This document shows positions 7,440 through 15,672 of a DNA stretch of 32,000 nucleotides, one piece after another. Origin of the DNA: Kineococcus radiotolerans SRS30216 = ATCC BAA-149 (lineage in GTDB: Bacteria; Actinomycetota; Actinomycetes; Actinomycetales; Kineococcaceae); contig NC_009664.2 of assembly GCF_000017305.1 (NCBI RefSeq), positions 2,220,001 through 2,252,000 on the forward strand, given 5' to 3'. Under the pieces are notes generated by a model that worked only from the letters and a program-made list of their open reading frames with translations, had not been told where the DNA came from and did not search any database. Position numbers and translations under genes: made by a program. Within the stretch, counting starts at the first letter, position 1, and each line of letters starts with the position of its first letter.

Positions 7440-7895
7440 GTGAAGCTGATCGAGGGGTTCAAGGACTTCGTCCTGCGGGGCAATGTCATCGACCTCGCGG
7501 TCGCGGTGGTCATCGGGGCGGCGTTCACCGGCGTCGTGACCTCGCTCGTCCAGGGGCTCATCGACCCCATCATCGCGGCCGTCGGGGGTTCCGCGAACCT
7601 CGACGGGGCCTGGGTGGTCCCGTTGCGCACCCTGCACGAGGGCACGCCGCAGGAGGAGGTGGTCGGGATCCAGGTCGGCACCGTCGTGAGCGCGGTCGTC
7701 AACTTCGTCATCGTCGCCGCCGTCGTCTACTTCGGGATCCTGACCCCGGTGAACCGCCTGCTGGCCCTGCGCAAGAAGGGGGAGGTCGCCGCCCCGGCGG
7801 CCCCGGCCGAGGACGTCCTGCTGCTGACCGAGATCCGCGACCTGCTGGCCCGCCAGGCCGGCGGGACCACCCCTCCCCCGGCCGCGCGGGACTAG
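7440..7895 (+). CDS. mscL: Large-conductance mechanosensitive channel MscL
   Basis: GTG 7440 with GAGGAGGGGG upstream. (M)KLIEGFKDFVLRGNVIDLAVAVVIGAAFTGVVTSLVQGLIDPII is the canonical MscL N-terminus and TM1. Confidence 0.92.
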   Translation: MKLIEGFKDFVLRGNVIDLAVAVVIGAAFTGVVTSLVQGLIDPIIAAVGGSANLDGAWVVPLRTLHEGTPQEEVVGIQVGTVVSAVVNFVIVAAVVYFGILTPVNRLLALRKKGEVAAPAAPAEDVLLLTEIRDLLARQAGGTTPPPAARD

Positions 7896-8158
7896 CGGGT
7901 CCCGGTGGGGCCGTCGTCGCCGGGCACCGCCTCGGCGAGGTCCTCGTCGGAGATCCGCACCCCCGCGGTCGGGTCGCCCTGACCGGTCCCGTCGGCCACG
8001 TCGTCCTCCAGGCCCAGCGGGTCCTGCGGGTCGCGGGCGGGGCTGGGGACCGGGCCGGAGTCGGAGGCCCGGGCGTTCTCGCGGCTCCCGCCGTCCTGCA
8101 CGGCCTTCACCTCGGCGTTGTCGAACACGTCGACCTTCTCGGTGCTCTCGTCGCTCAT
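7892..8158 (-). CDS. Small acidic, probably disordered hypothetical protein (88 aa)
   Basis: Internal ATG 8158 of track ORF 7892..8362. The upstream part of that ORF is Arg/Pro junk, whereas from MSDESTEKVDVFDNAEVKAVQDGG onward G/C3 is uniformly high. I recognise no family. Confidence 0.5.
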   Translation of the reverse strand: MSDESTEKVDVFDNAEVKAVQDGGSRENARASDSGPVPSPARDPQDPLGLEDDVADGTGQGDPTAGVRISDEDLAEAVPGDDGPTGTR

Positions 8159-8222
8159 CCGCCCACCCTGGGGGCTGCGGGAGGTGACCGCACCCGGAGC
8201 CCCCGCCGGGGACGCGGACCGG

Positions 8223-10433
8223 TCAGCGGGACGGGGCGTCGGTGGACCCGGCCGCCCCCACGACCTGGGCCGCGCCCGCCGCGGCCAGCCACGCCGCGAA
8301 GGCGGCCGGCGGCAGCGGGCGCGAGTGCAGGTAGCCCTGCGACTCGTCGACGTCCAGCCCACCCAGCGCCGCGCGGGTCGACTCGTCCTCGACGCCCTCG
8401 GCCACCACCCGCAGCCCCAGCCGGTGCGCCAGCGCCACCGTGGCCTCGACGATCTCGGCCGTGCGGGGCTCGGCGAGGACCCGCGCGGTGAAGGCGCGGT
8501 CCAGCTTCAGCTCCGTGGCCGGCAGGTCGGTCAGGTAGGCCAGCGAGGAGTACCCCGTGCCGTAGTCGTCGATGCTCAGCTGCACCCCCCGCCGGGTCAG
8601 CTCGCGGGTGACGGCCAGCGCCAGGTCCGGGTCGGCCATCAGCGTCGTCTCGGTGACCTCCAGGACGAGGCGGCCCGCGGCCAGGCCGCTGCGCTCCAGG
8701 ACGTCGTCGACGAGGCCGAGCAGCCCGGGGTGGGTCAGCGAGGACGCGGACAGGTTCACCGAGATGCGCAGCGGGGACCCGCGGTGGCTCCAGCCGGCCG
8801 CGTCCGCGCTCGCCCGGTGCAGCAGGTGCTCGGTGAGGTCGTCCATGAGGCCCTGCTCCTCGACGAGGTCCAGGAACGCCACCGGCGGCAGCAGCCCGCG
8901 CTGGGGGTGCTGCCAGCGCACCAGCGCCTCGGCCCCCACGACCCGGCCGGTGCCGACGTCGAGCTGCGGCTGGTAGTGCACGACGACCTCGCGGCGCAGG
9001 CGCTCCTCCCCGGCGGCGACGAGGGCCTTGAGGTCGGCGGCGAGCGCGGCGCGGTCGCGCAGCCGGGCGTCGACGTCGACGTCGTAGACGCTGACCCCGC
9101 CGCCGGCGGTCTTCGCCGCGTACATGGCGGTGTCGGCCTGGCGCAGCAGCCGGTCGGGGTCGAACCCGCCGGCGGGCAGGGAGCGGACCCCGACGCTGAG
9201 GCCGATCTCGGCGTCGGCGACGACCGCGGCGTGCACGGCGCGGGCGACCTCCACGGCCGACGCCTCGTCGCGGTCGGGCAGGACGACGGCGAACTCGTCC
9301 CCGCCGGTGCGGGTGAGCACGGCGTCGGCGGGCAGGGCCCGCCGGGTGGCGGCCACGACCCGGCGGAGCAGGTCGTCACCGGCGTGGTGGCCCTGCCGGT
9401 CGTTGACCTCCTTGAAGCGGTCGACGTCGAGCAGCAGCAGCGCGGCGGACCGGCCGTCGGCGACGAGGCCGCCCAGCACGCGCAGCAGGGCGCGGCGGTT
9501 GCCGACCCCGGTGAGCTCGTCGGTGAGGGCCTGCTGGCGCGACTCCGCGAGCTGGGCCAGCTCCCGCACGAGGTGCACGACCCGGACGCTGACCCCGAGG
9601 ACGGCGACGCCGGCGTAGGCGGTGGCCACCCACCCGGCCTCGTGCCCGTCCACGACGAGGACCCCCACGGCCAGCGCGAGGACGACGAGGGCCCCGATCG
9701 CGGGCGCCTGGCTGGTCGCGGGCACCGGGGCGTGCCGGCCCCCGCGGGTGGAGGCGAAGGCGATCACCAGGAAGGCCAGCGTCCACGCCGCCTGCCCGTG
9801 CAGGGCGTCGGCGGGGTCCCCGCGCAGCGTGCCGCTGACCACGGTCAGCGCGCCCAGGGCGCCGACGACCAACCACACGCGCCGGTCGCGCAGGAGACCG
9901 CCGATCCAGGCGACGGTGACCGCGGTGCCGAGCAGGATGAGCAGCGAGCCGAAGACGAGCAGCCAGAGCTGGACCATCCACGAGGGCCAGGCCGCGGGCA
10001 GGAACGGCACCCGGTCCTGGACGAGGAGCCCGGCCCCCGCGCACGCCAGGACGGCGCTGATCCAGTTCAGCCAGTCGCCGGGGTCGGAGACGTAGGTGCG
10101 GTAGCGGTTCCAGCGCACCAGGGCCTGGTACAGGAAGGGCATCGCGACCACGAGGCACCCCCCGAGCGGCGTGAGCGAGCGGCCACCGGTCACCAGGGCG
10201 AGCACGGGCGGGACGCCCACGAGGGCGCCCGCCACCGCGAACGAGCGCCACACCCCGTCGTCGGCGCGCCGGCGGGCGCCGAGGGCCAGGACGGCGACCG
10301 CGGTCAGGTGGGCGACGGCCAGCAGCCCCGCCGACGCCGTCGCCCCCACGGGCGCGAAGGCGGACCCCACGGCGAGGACCGCGAGGCAGACGGCCGCCAC
10401 GCGGGTGCGGGGCCGGGGCTGGCTGAACGTCAC
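8223..10433 (-). CDS. Membrane-bound bifunctional diguanylate cyclase/phosphodiesterase (multi-TM N-domain + GGDEF + EAL)
   Basis: About 270 aa of hydrophobic helices are followed by DELTGVGNRR...RTGGDEFAVVLPD (intact GGDEF; no RxxD five residues upstream). An EAL domain with all the usual catalytic elements follows (EALVRW, VNLS, EVTE, DDYGTGYSS, KLDR, AEGVE, QGY). GTG start at 10433 has no obvious Shine-Dalgarno. Confidence 0.9.
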   Translation of the reverse strand: MTFSQPRPRTRVAAVCLAVLAVGSAFAPVGATASAGLLAVAHLTAVAVLALGARRRADDGVWRSFAVAGALVGVPPVLALVTGGRSLTPLGGCLVVAMPFLYQALVRWNRYRTYVSDPGDWLNWISAVLACAGAGLLVQDRVPFLPAAWPSWMVQLWLLVFGSLLILLGTAVTVAWIGGLLRDRRVWLVVGALGALTVVSGTLRGDPADALHGQAAWTLAFLVIAFASTRGGRHAPVPATSQAPAIGALVVLALAVGVLVVDGHEAGWVATAYAGVAVLGVSVRVVHLVRELAQLAESRQQALTDELTGVGNRRALLRVLGGLVADGRSAALLLLDVDRFKEVNDRQGHHAGDDLLRRVVAATRRALPADAVLTRTGGDEFAVVLPDRDEASAVEVARAVHAAVVADAEIGLSVGVRSLPAGGFDPDRLLRQADTAMYAAKTAGGGVSVYDVDVDARLRDRAALAADLKALVAAGEERLRREVVVHYQPQLDVGTGRVVGAEALVRWQHPQRGLLPPVAFLDLVEEQGLMDDLTEHLLHRASADAAGWSHRGSPLRISVNLSASSLTHPGLLGLVDDVLERSGLAAGRLVLEVTETTLMADPDLALAVTRELTRRGVQLSIDDYGTGYSSLAYLTDLPATELKLDRAFTARVLAEPRTAEIVEATVALAHRLGLRVVAEGVEDESTRAALGGLDVDESQGYLHSRPLPPAAFAAWLAAAGAAQVVGAAGSTDAPSR

Positions 10434-10515
10434 CCAGGAGGGATCGACCGCCGGGGCACCGACCTCGTTCGCCCGATCGGGTCGAGCCGCCCCGGCCCGC
10501 GGGTCCCCCGCCGGC

Positions 10516-12186
10516 TCACCGCGCCGGGGGCTCGGTCAGGGCGAGCACCCGCAGCGCCCGCAGCCGGTCCAGCGCGGCGGCGACCTCGTGCCGGCGCGGG
10601 ACGGCGACGTCGGCGGGGGACCCGCCGGTCCAGCCCTCGACGGGCCCGGCGAGGTCGGCCTCCAGCCGGTCCAGCACCTCGGGCAGGCTCCGGCGGCCGT
10701 CGAGGTGCCCGGCGCGCACGGCGTGGTCGAGGGCGAGGCCGGCGCCGGTGACCTGCCCGGGGTCGGTGAACTGGCGGACGGCGTGGACGTCGACGTCGTG
10801 CTCGCCGAAGCGCAGGGTGCCGGTGCCGACGGCGGAGACCCGCCGCTTCCCCCGCGCGCTCGCGTCGACGCTGCGGGGGTCGGGGAGCCGGGCCCGCACG
10901 GGCGGGAAGCGGCCCGCCTCCGCGACCCGGCCGGTGGGGCGGGCGGCGACCTCGCGGGCCCGCGCGGTGACGTCGCTGCAGCGGTAGGAGTCCATCAGCA
11001 GCACCCGGTCGGCGACGTCGAGGTAGTCCCCGGAGGCCCCGACGACGAGGACCGTCGACACGGCGTGGTCCTCGGCGAGGGAGCGGACGAGGTCCACGAA
11101 CGGGTTGAGCGGTTCGGAGGTCTTCGCGACGAGCTCCTGCATCCGCGCGTCGCGGACCATGAGGTTCGTCGCCGCGGTGTCCTCGTCGATCAGCAGCAGC
11201 CGCGACCCCGCCTCCAGCGCCTCGACGGTGGCCGCGGCCTGCGAGGTGGAGCCGGAGGCGTCGGCGGTGGTGAGGTCGCGCGGGTCCAGCCCGCCGGGCA
11301 GGCCGGTGACGAAGGCGCCGACGTCGACGCGGGTGACCGCGCGCCCGTCCTCGGCGCGGATCGCGGCACCGTCGGCGACGGTGACGACGAGCTCGCGCCC
11401 GTCGCCGGGGACGTGGTCGTGGACGCCGGCCTCCAGCGCCCGCAGCAGCGTGGACTTGCCGTGGAAACCGCCGCCCACGACGACGGTGACGCCGGTGGGC
11501 ACGCCCATCCCCCTCGTGCGGCCCCGGTGGGGCAGGTCGACCTCGACCCGCAGGGACCCCGGGGAGGCGAACGGGACGGCACCGCGGGCGGGGCGGTCGT
11601 CGACGCCGCTGGCCCGCGGCAGCACCGCGCCGTCGGCGACGAAGGCCACCAGCCCCAGCCCCGGCAGGGACCGGCGCAGGTGGTCGGCGTCCTCGACGGC
11701 GTCGACGAAGGCGCGGGCCCGGTCGGGGTCGGCGCCCAGGACGTGCTCGCGGACGAGGTCGGGCAGGGCGCGGGTGAGGTCGGCCGCCGCGGCGCGCCCG
11801 TCGATCCGCCGGCGCGGGCCGGGCAGGTGGTAGCCCAGGCGCAGGACGGCGCTGCCGTCGACGTCGATCTCGAAGCTGCTGCGCTGCAGCACTTCCTGCC
11901 CACCGGCGTCGATGCGGAACGGGCCGTCGGGGGCGGCGGCGGCGCGGGCCAGGAAGCTCGCCAGCGCGCGGCGGCGCACGGGCGCGGCGAGGTCGAGGCC
12001 GGCGAAGGGGGTGGCGAGGCGGACCTCCCAGCGCGAGGGCGGCGCGAAGGGGTCGGCCTGGGCGTGGCGCAGGGTCGCGCGCACCCCCTCCAGCAGCGGC
12101 CACGCCCGGCCGGTGAGGGAGCGGTAGCGGGCGTAGGGGGCGCCGTCGAGGCCCTCGAGGGTGCTGCGGAGTTCCTGCGCGCTCAC
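10516..12186 (-). CDS. ABC-ATPase domain-containing protein (PF09818-type predicted ATPase of the ABC class, MRB1590-like)
   Basis: Track ORF, GTG start. It has a Walker A in the family-typical context VVGGGFHGKSTLLRALEAGV and a Walker B-like LLLIDEDTAATNLMVRD. The N-terminus (LDGAPYARYRSL...) resembles the family N-domain. Confidence 0.8.
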   Translation of the reverse strand: MSAQELRSTLEGLDGAPYARYRSLTGRAWPLLEGVRATLRHAQADPFAPPSRWEVRLATPFAGLDLAAPVRRRALASFLARAAAAPDGPFRIDAGGQEVLQRSSFEIDVDGSAVLRLGYHLPGPRRRIDGRAAAADLTRALPDLVREHVLGADPDRARAFVDAVEDADHLRRSLPGLGLVAFVADGAVLPRASGVDDRPARGAVPFASPGSLRVEVDLPHRGRTRGMGVPTGVTVVVGGGFHGKSTLLRALEAGVHDHVPGDGRELVVTVADGAAIRAEDGRAVTRVDVGAFVTGLPGGLDPRDLTTADASGSTSQAAATVEALEAGSRLLLIDEDTAATNLMVRDARMQELVAKTSEPLNPFVDLVRSLAEDHAVSTVLVVGASGDYLDVADRVLLMDSYRCSDVTARAREVAARPTGRVAEAGRFPPVRARLPDPRSVDASARGKRRVSAVGTGTLRFGEHDVDVHAVRQFTDPGQVTGAGLALDHAVRAGHLDGRRSLPEVLDRLEADLAGPVEGWTGGSPADVAVPRRHEVAAALDRLRALRVLALTEPPAR

Positions 12187-12211
12187 CCGGGGAGTGTCGC
12201 GGACGACGCGC

Positions 12212-12235
12212 GGGCCGCCCCGGTGGGGGCGGCCC
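12212..12235 (-). terminator. GC hairpin (10-bp perfect stem gggccgcccc / ggggcggccc, 4-nt loop) between the NmrA-like gene and the ABC-ATPase gene
   Basis: Read directly from the sequence. There is no U-tract, which is common in high-GC actinobacteria. It could be a terminator or attenuator. Confidence 0.4.
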
Positions 12236-12258
12236 GGTGGGGGCCCGGCGGGGGCCGG

Positions 12259-13089
12259 TCAGCCCTCGCCGAGGACGTCCTCCAGGCTGCGCGCCGGGTG
12301 CCCGGTGACGGTCTCGACGGCGTCGGAGACGACGTCGAGCTCCCCCGCGGCGATGGCGGTGTAGGTGCTGACCCAGCCGTCGACCATCCACCGCGGGGCG
12401 CCGAAGCCCTCCCGCGCCGCGTAGGCCTCCTCCAGGGTCTCCTCGACGTAGCCCACCTCGCGGCCCTGGACGCGCGAGATCGTCGCGGCGACCTCGGCGA
12501 GGGTGAGGGCCCGCGGCCCGGTGAGGTCGTAGCTGCGCCCGTCGTGCGCCTCGTCGAGCAGGGCCGTGACGGCGACCTCGGCGACGTCGGCGCGGGCGAC
12601 GGCGGCGAGGCGCCCCTGCCCGCCCGGGCCGCGCAGCGCCCCGTCGACGACGAACTCGGGGAGGATGTCGGCGTAGAAGGAGTCGCGCAGGAACGTGGTG
12701 CGGAACCCCGCGGCGGTGAGCAGCTCCTCGGTGGCGGCGTGGTCGCGGCCGAAGGTGAAGGTGCAGTCCGGGGCGGCGCCGAGGAACGAGGTGTAGACGA
12801 CGCGCTCGACGCCCGCCGCGGCGGCGGCCTCGACGACGGTGCGGTGCTGGTCGAGGCGGTGGGCGTCCTCGGCGGCGGAGACGAAGAACAGCGTCCCGGC
12901 CCCGTGGAACGCGTGCTCGAGCGCCCCCGGGTCGTCGTAGGTCGCGGTCCGCACCCCGGCGCGGGGCAGGTCGGGGGCGCGGGAGGGGTCGCGCACGACG
13001 AGGCGCTGCCGGGCACCGGCGGAAGCGAGGGCGCGGGCGACCCGCCCGCCGACGGCTCCGGTGGCGCCGGTGACGGCGATGAGGTCCAT
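12259..13089 (-). CDS. NmrA-family / atypical SDR NAD(P)-binding oxidoreductase
   Basis: ATG 13089. MDLIAVTGATGAVGGRVARAL is a Rossmann motif. The overall pattern (RVVYTSFLGA..., YDLTGPRALTLAEVAATIS) is typical of NmrA/NAD(P)H-azoreductase-like proteins. Confidence 0.85.
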   Translation of the reverse strand: MDLIAVTGATGAVGGRVARALASAGARQRLVVRDPSRAPDLPRAGVRTATYDDPGALEHAFHGAGTLFFVSAAEDAHRLDQHRTVVEAAAAAGVERVVYTSFLGAAPDCTFTFGRDHAATEELLTAAGFRTTFLRDSFYADILPEFVVDGALRGPGGQGRLAAVARADVAEVAVTALLDEAHDGRSYDLTGPRALTLAEVAATISRVQGREVGYVEETLEEAYAAREGFGAPRWMVDGWVSTYTAIAAGELDVVSDAVETVTGHPARSLEDVLGEG

Positions 13090-13282
13090 GGGTCCAGACT
13101 GCCACCGACCGCGCGCCGCGGCTGCGGGGGCGGGTCGGCCCGCACCCGTCCCACCGGTCCCCCCCGTCCCACAGGTAACTCACACTTCACGCCCGGGACA
13201 CGGTGCGGAAACACGTCCCCCCGAAGGTCGGAGTCGGCCGGTCACGGGTGGTGACCTGGCGGAACTTCGACCGAGGAGAACC

Positions 13283-14893
13283 GTGCCCGTTTCCCGCAGG
13301 AACTTCCTCCGTGGCGTCGGCGCCACCGGAGGAGCAGGAGCGATGTTCGGCGCGATGGGAGCGCTGGGGCTCGCCCCCGCCGCCGTCGCCGCGCCCACCG
13401 CCGCCTTCACCCCGCCGAGGCCCTCCGACTTCACCCTCACCGGGCGGTCGGCCCGGAACGTCCTGGTGCTCGGCGCCGGCATCGCCGGTCTCACCACGGC
13501 CTACGAGCTCGGCAAGGCCGGGTACCGGGTGACGCTGCTCGAGGGCCGCGCCCGGCCCGGGGGGCGCAACTGGACCGTGCGCGGCGGGGACACCGAGACG
13601 GACCTCAAGGGTGAGACGCAGCGCGTCCGCTTCGCCGAGGGCCAGTACATGAACGCCGGCCCCGCGCGCATCCCCCAGCACCACGTCACCATGGACTACT
13701 GCCGCGAACTCGGCGTCCCCCTGGAACCCTTCGTCAACCAGAACGCGGACGCGCTGCTCTACTACACCGGCGACACCGCCCTCTCGAACCAGGCGGTCAC
13801 CCACCGCGCCGCCAAGGCCGACGTCTACGGCTACGTGTCGGAACTGCTCTCCAAGGCCACCGACGCGGGCGCCCTGGACGGCGAGCTGTCCGCCGAGGAC
13901 AAGGAGGCGCTGACCGAGTTCCTGCGCGACTTCGGCGACCTCGGGAACTCCACCGGCGATCCCGCGGCCGCCGGCCTCTACCTCGGAGGTTCCGGGCGAC
14001 GCGGTTTCGACGTCGAACCCGCCGCGGGCCTGCAGTCGGGCACCGTCTCGCCCGCCCCCGGCCTGCACGACGTCATCGCCAGCGGGATCGGCCGCGAGTT
14101 CTCCTTCGAGTTCGGCTGGGACCAGGCCGTCATGATGTTCCAGCCCGTCGGGGGCATGGACCGCATCGCCTACGCCCTCGAACGCGCCGTCGGGCCGAAC
14201 CGGATCCGCTACGGCTCCACCGTCACCGGGATCCGCACCACTCCGGCCGGGGCCGACGTCGACTACACCGACGCCGCCGGGGTCCCGCGGACCGCGACGG
14301 CGGACTTCGTCGTCAACACGATCCCCCCGCACATCGCCGCCCGGATCCCCCACAACCTCGGACCTGCCGTCACCACCGCCCTCCAGACCCCGGTGCCCTC
14401 GCCGACCGGCAAGATCGGCCTGGAGTACACCCGGCGGTGGTGGGAGGACGACCTCCGCATCTACGGCGGGATCACCAACACCGACCTGGACCTCGCGCAC
14501 GTCTGGTACCCGTCGTCGGGGTTCCACTCCGACCGCGGCGTCGTGGTCGGGTACTACAACTACGGCCAGGACGCCCTCGACTACGCGGCCCTGCCGCACA
14601 GCGCGCGCCGCCAGCGCGCGGTCGTCAACGGTGCCCGGATCCACGGCGACGTCTACGGGCGGGACATCGCGTCCTCCTTCTCCGTCTCCTGGAGCGCCAC
14701 CCGGTTCTCCGAGGCCGGCTGGGTCGGCTGGGACGACCAGGAGGGCCCCGCCTACCGGACCCTCCTCGCCCCCCAGGGCAACGTCTACTTCGCGGGCGAC
14801 CACCTCTCGCACGCCATCGCCTGGCAGCACGGGGCCATGACGTCGGCCCGGGCCACGGTGACCGCCCTGCACCAGCGGGTGATGAGCGCGTGA
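13283..14893 (+). CDS. Tat-exported flavin-dependent amine/amino-acid oxidase (flavin monoamine oxidase family)
   Basis: GTG 13283 lies in frame in track ORF 13061..14893, with GAGGAG at 13273-13278. The twin-arginine signal is VSRRNFLRGVGATGGAGAMFGAMGALGLAPAAVAAP. The FAD motif is VLVLGAGIAGLTTAYELGKAGYRVTLLEGRARPGGR, and the C-terminal motif is VYFAGDHLS. Confidence 0.85.
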   Translation: MPVSRRNFLRGVGATGGAGAMFGAMGALGLAPAAVAAPTAAFTPPRPSDFTLTGRSARNVLVLGAGIAGLTTAYELGKAGYRVTLLEGRARPGGRNWTVRGGDTETDLKGETQRVRFAEGQYMNAGPARIPQHHVTMDYCRELGVPLEPFVNQNADALLYYTGDTALSNQAVTHRAAKADVYGYVSELLSKATDAGALDGELSAEDKEALTEFLRDFGDLGNSTGDPAAAGLYLGGSGRRGFDVEPAAGLQSGTVSPAPGLHDVIASGIGREFSFEFGWDQAVMMFQPVGGMDRIAYALERAVGPNRIRYGSTVTGIRTTPAGADVDYTDAAGVPRTATADFVVNTIPPHIAARIPHNLGPAVTTALQTPVPSPTGKIGLEYTRRWWEDDLRIYGGITNTDLDLAHVWYPSSGFHSDRGVVVGYYNYGQDALDYAALPHSARRQRAVVNGARIHGDVYGRDIASSFSVSWSATRFSEAGWVGWDDQEGPAYRTLLAPQGNVYFAGDHLSHAIAWQHGAMTSARATVTALHQRVMSA

Positions 14894-14937
14894 GCGCCGC
14901 ACGACGCACCCCCACCCCCCACCCGACGGAGAACCTC

Positions 14938-15603
14938 GTGAAGAAGCTCAACCGCCCCGTCGCCGTGGGCGCCGCCGCCCTCCTGCTCCTCGGCGCCGGT
15001 GCCGGCGCCGGGGTCGCCGCGAGCCGCGGCGGGACCCCGGAACCCGGGACGGTCGTGACGAACCTGCCGCTCGGCAGCACCAACCCCAACATCGCCAGCG
15101 GCGTGGGGATCGGGGCGGGGACGGCGATCTACAAGTCCTCGGGGACCGGCCCGTCGGTGGGCGACCCGACCGCCACCCCCGGGACCCCGCAGGCCTACGT
15201 GGACCTCGAGGCGTTCGGCGGCACCGTCCCCGAGGGGGTGACGCTCACCGAGGCCCAGGGCCTGAACGCGCTGGCGGCGATCGGCGAGAACCTGGCGACC
15301 GTCGGCCTCGACTACGACGACGTCATCACGATGCGCGTGTTCCTCGACAACGAGCCGGGGGCCGAGACCGCCGACTTCGCCGGCTGGAACCGCGCCTACC
15401 GGCAGTACTTCGCCAACGTCGACCTGGAGACCGGGGAGGCGACGCAGGTCGTCCTGGGCACCGGCGCCCCCGCGGCGCCGCTGCGGGAGAACGTCGCCGT
15501 CCCCTCGCGCTCCGCCCTGGAGGTCGGCTCCCTGCCCGTGCCCGGGTGGCTGGTGGAGATCGAGGTCGACGCGGTCTACCCGGAGCAGCACCCGGTCGAC
15601 TGA
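14938..15603 (+). CDS. Secreted RidA/YjgF/TdcF-family (reactive imine deaminase-like) protein
   Basis: GTG 14938 lies in frame in track ORF 14437..15603, with GGAGA upstream. The Sec-type signal is KKLNRPVAVGAAALLLLGAGAGAGVAAS. The RidA core is LTEAQGLNALAAIGENLATVGLDYDDVITMRVFL...FAGWNRAYRQYF...PSRSALEVGSLPVPGWLVEIEVDAV. Confidence 0.8.
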   Translation: MKKLNRPVAVGAAALLLLGAGAGAGVAASRGGTPEPGTVVTNLPLGSTNPNIASGVGIGAGTAIYKSSGTGPSVGDPTATPGTPQAYVDLEAFGGTVPEGVTLTEAQGLNALAAIGENLATVGLDYDDVITMRVFLDNEPGAETADFAGWNRAYRQYFANVDLETGEATQVVLGTGAPAAPLRENVAVPSRSALEVGSLPVPGWLVEIEVDAVYPEQHPVD

Positions 15604-15623
15604 CCCCGGCGCGAGGTGCGCCA

Positions 15624-15671
15624 CCCCCACCCGCGGTCCCGCCGGGCTCTCCCGGGGACCACGGGTGGGGG
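15624..15671. terminator. Long GC hairpin between convergent genes (17-bp stem 15624-15640 / 15655-15671 with one C.A mismatch, plus a 4-bp inner stem)
   Basis: Pairing worked out base by base (c24-g71 ... c40-g55; inner c43-g54 to g46-c51; loop ctct). It sits between the RidA stop (15603) and the stop of the minus-strand gene (15673). Confidence 0.5.
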
Positions 15672-15672
15672 C

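Noticed and set aside
10472-10481. Short palindromes in intergenic regions (CCCGATCGGG 10472-10481; GGTCAC-N5-GTGACC 13240-13256) as operators
   Set aside because: Arms of 5-6 bp are expected by chance in 32 kb of highly GC-biased sequence. There are no repeated copies or an associated regulator to support a function.
8118-13254. Very long ORFs 8118..10751 (+, 877 aa), 10171..13254 (+, 1027 aa) and 10430..13183 (-, 917 aa)
   Set aside because: These are shadow frames of the GGDEF-EAL, ABC-ATPase and NmrA genes. They have extreme R/G/P/A composition, no motifs, and span several real genes and intergenic hairpins.
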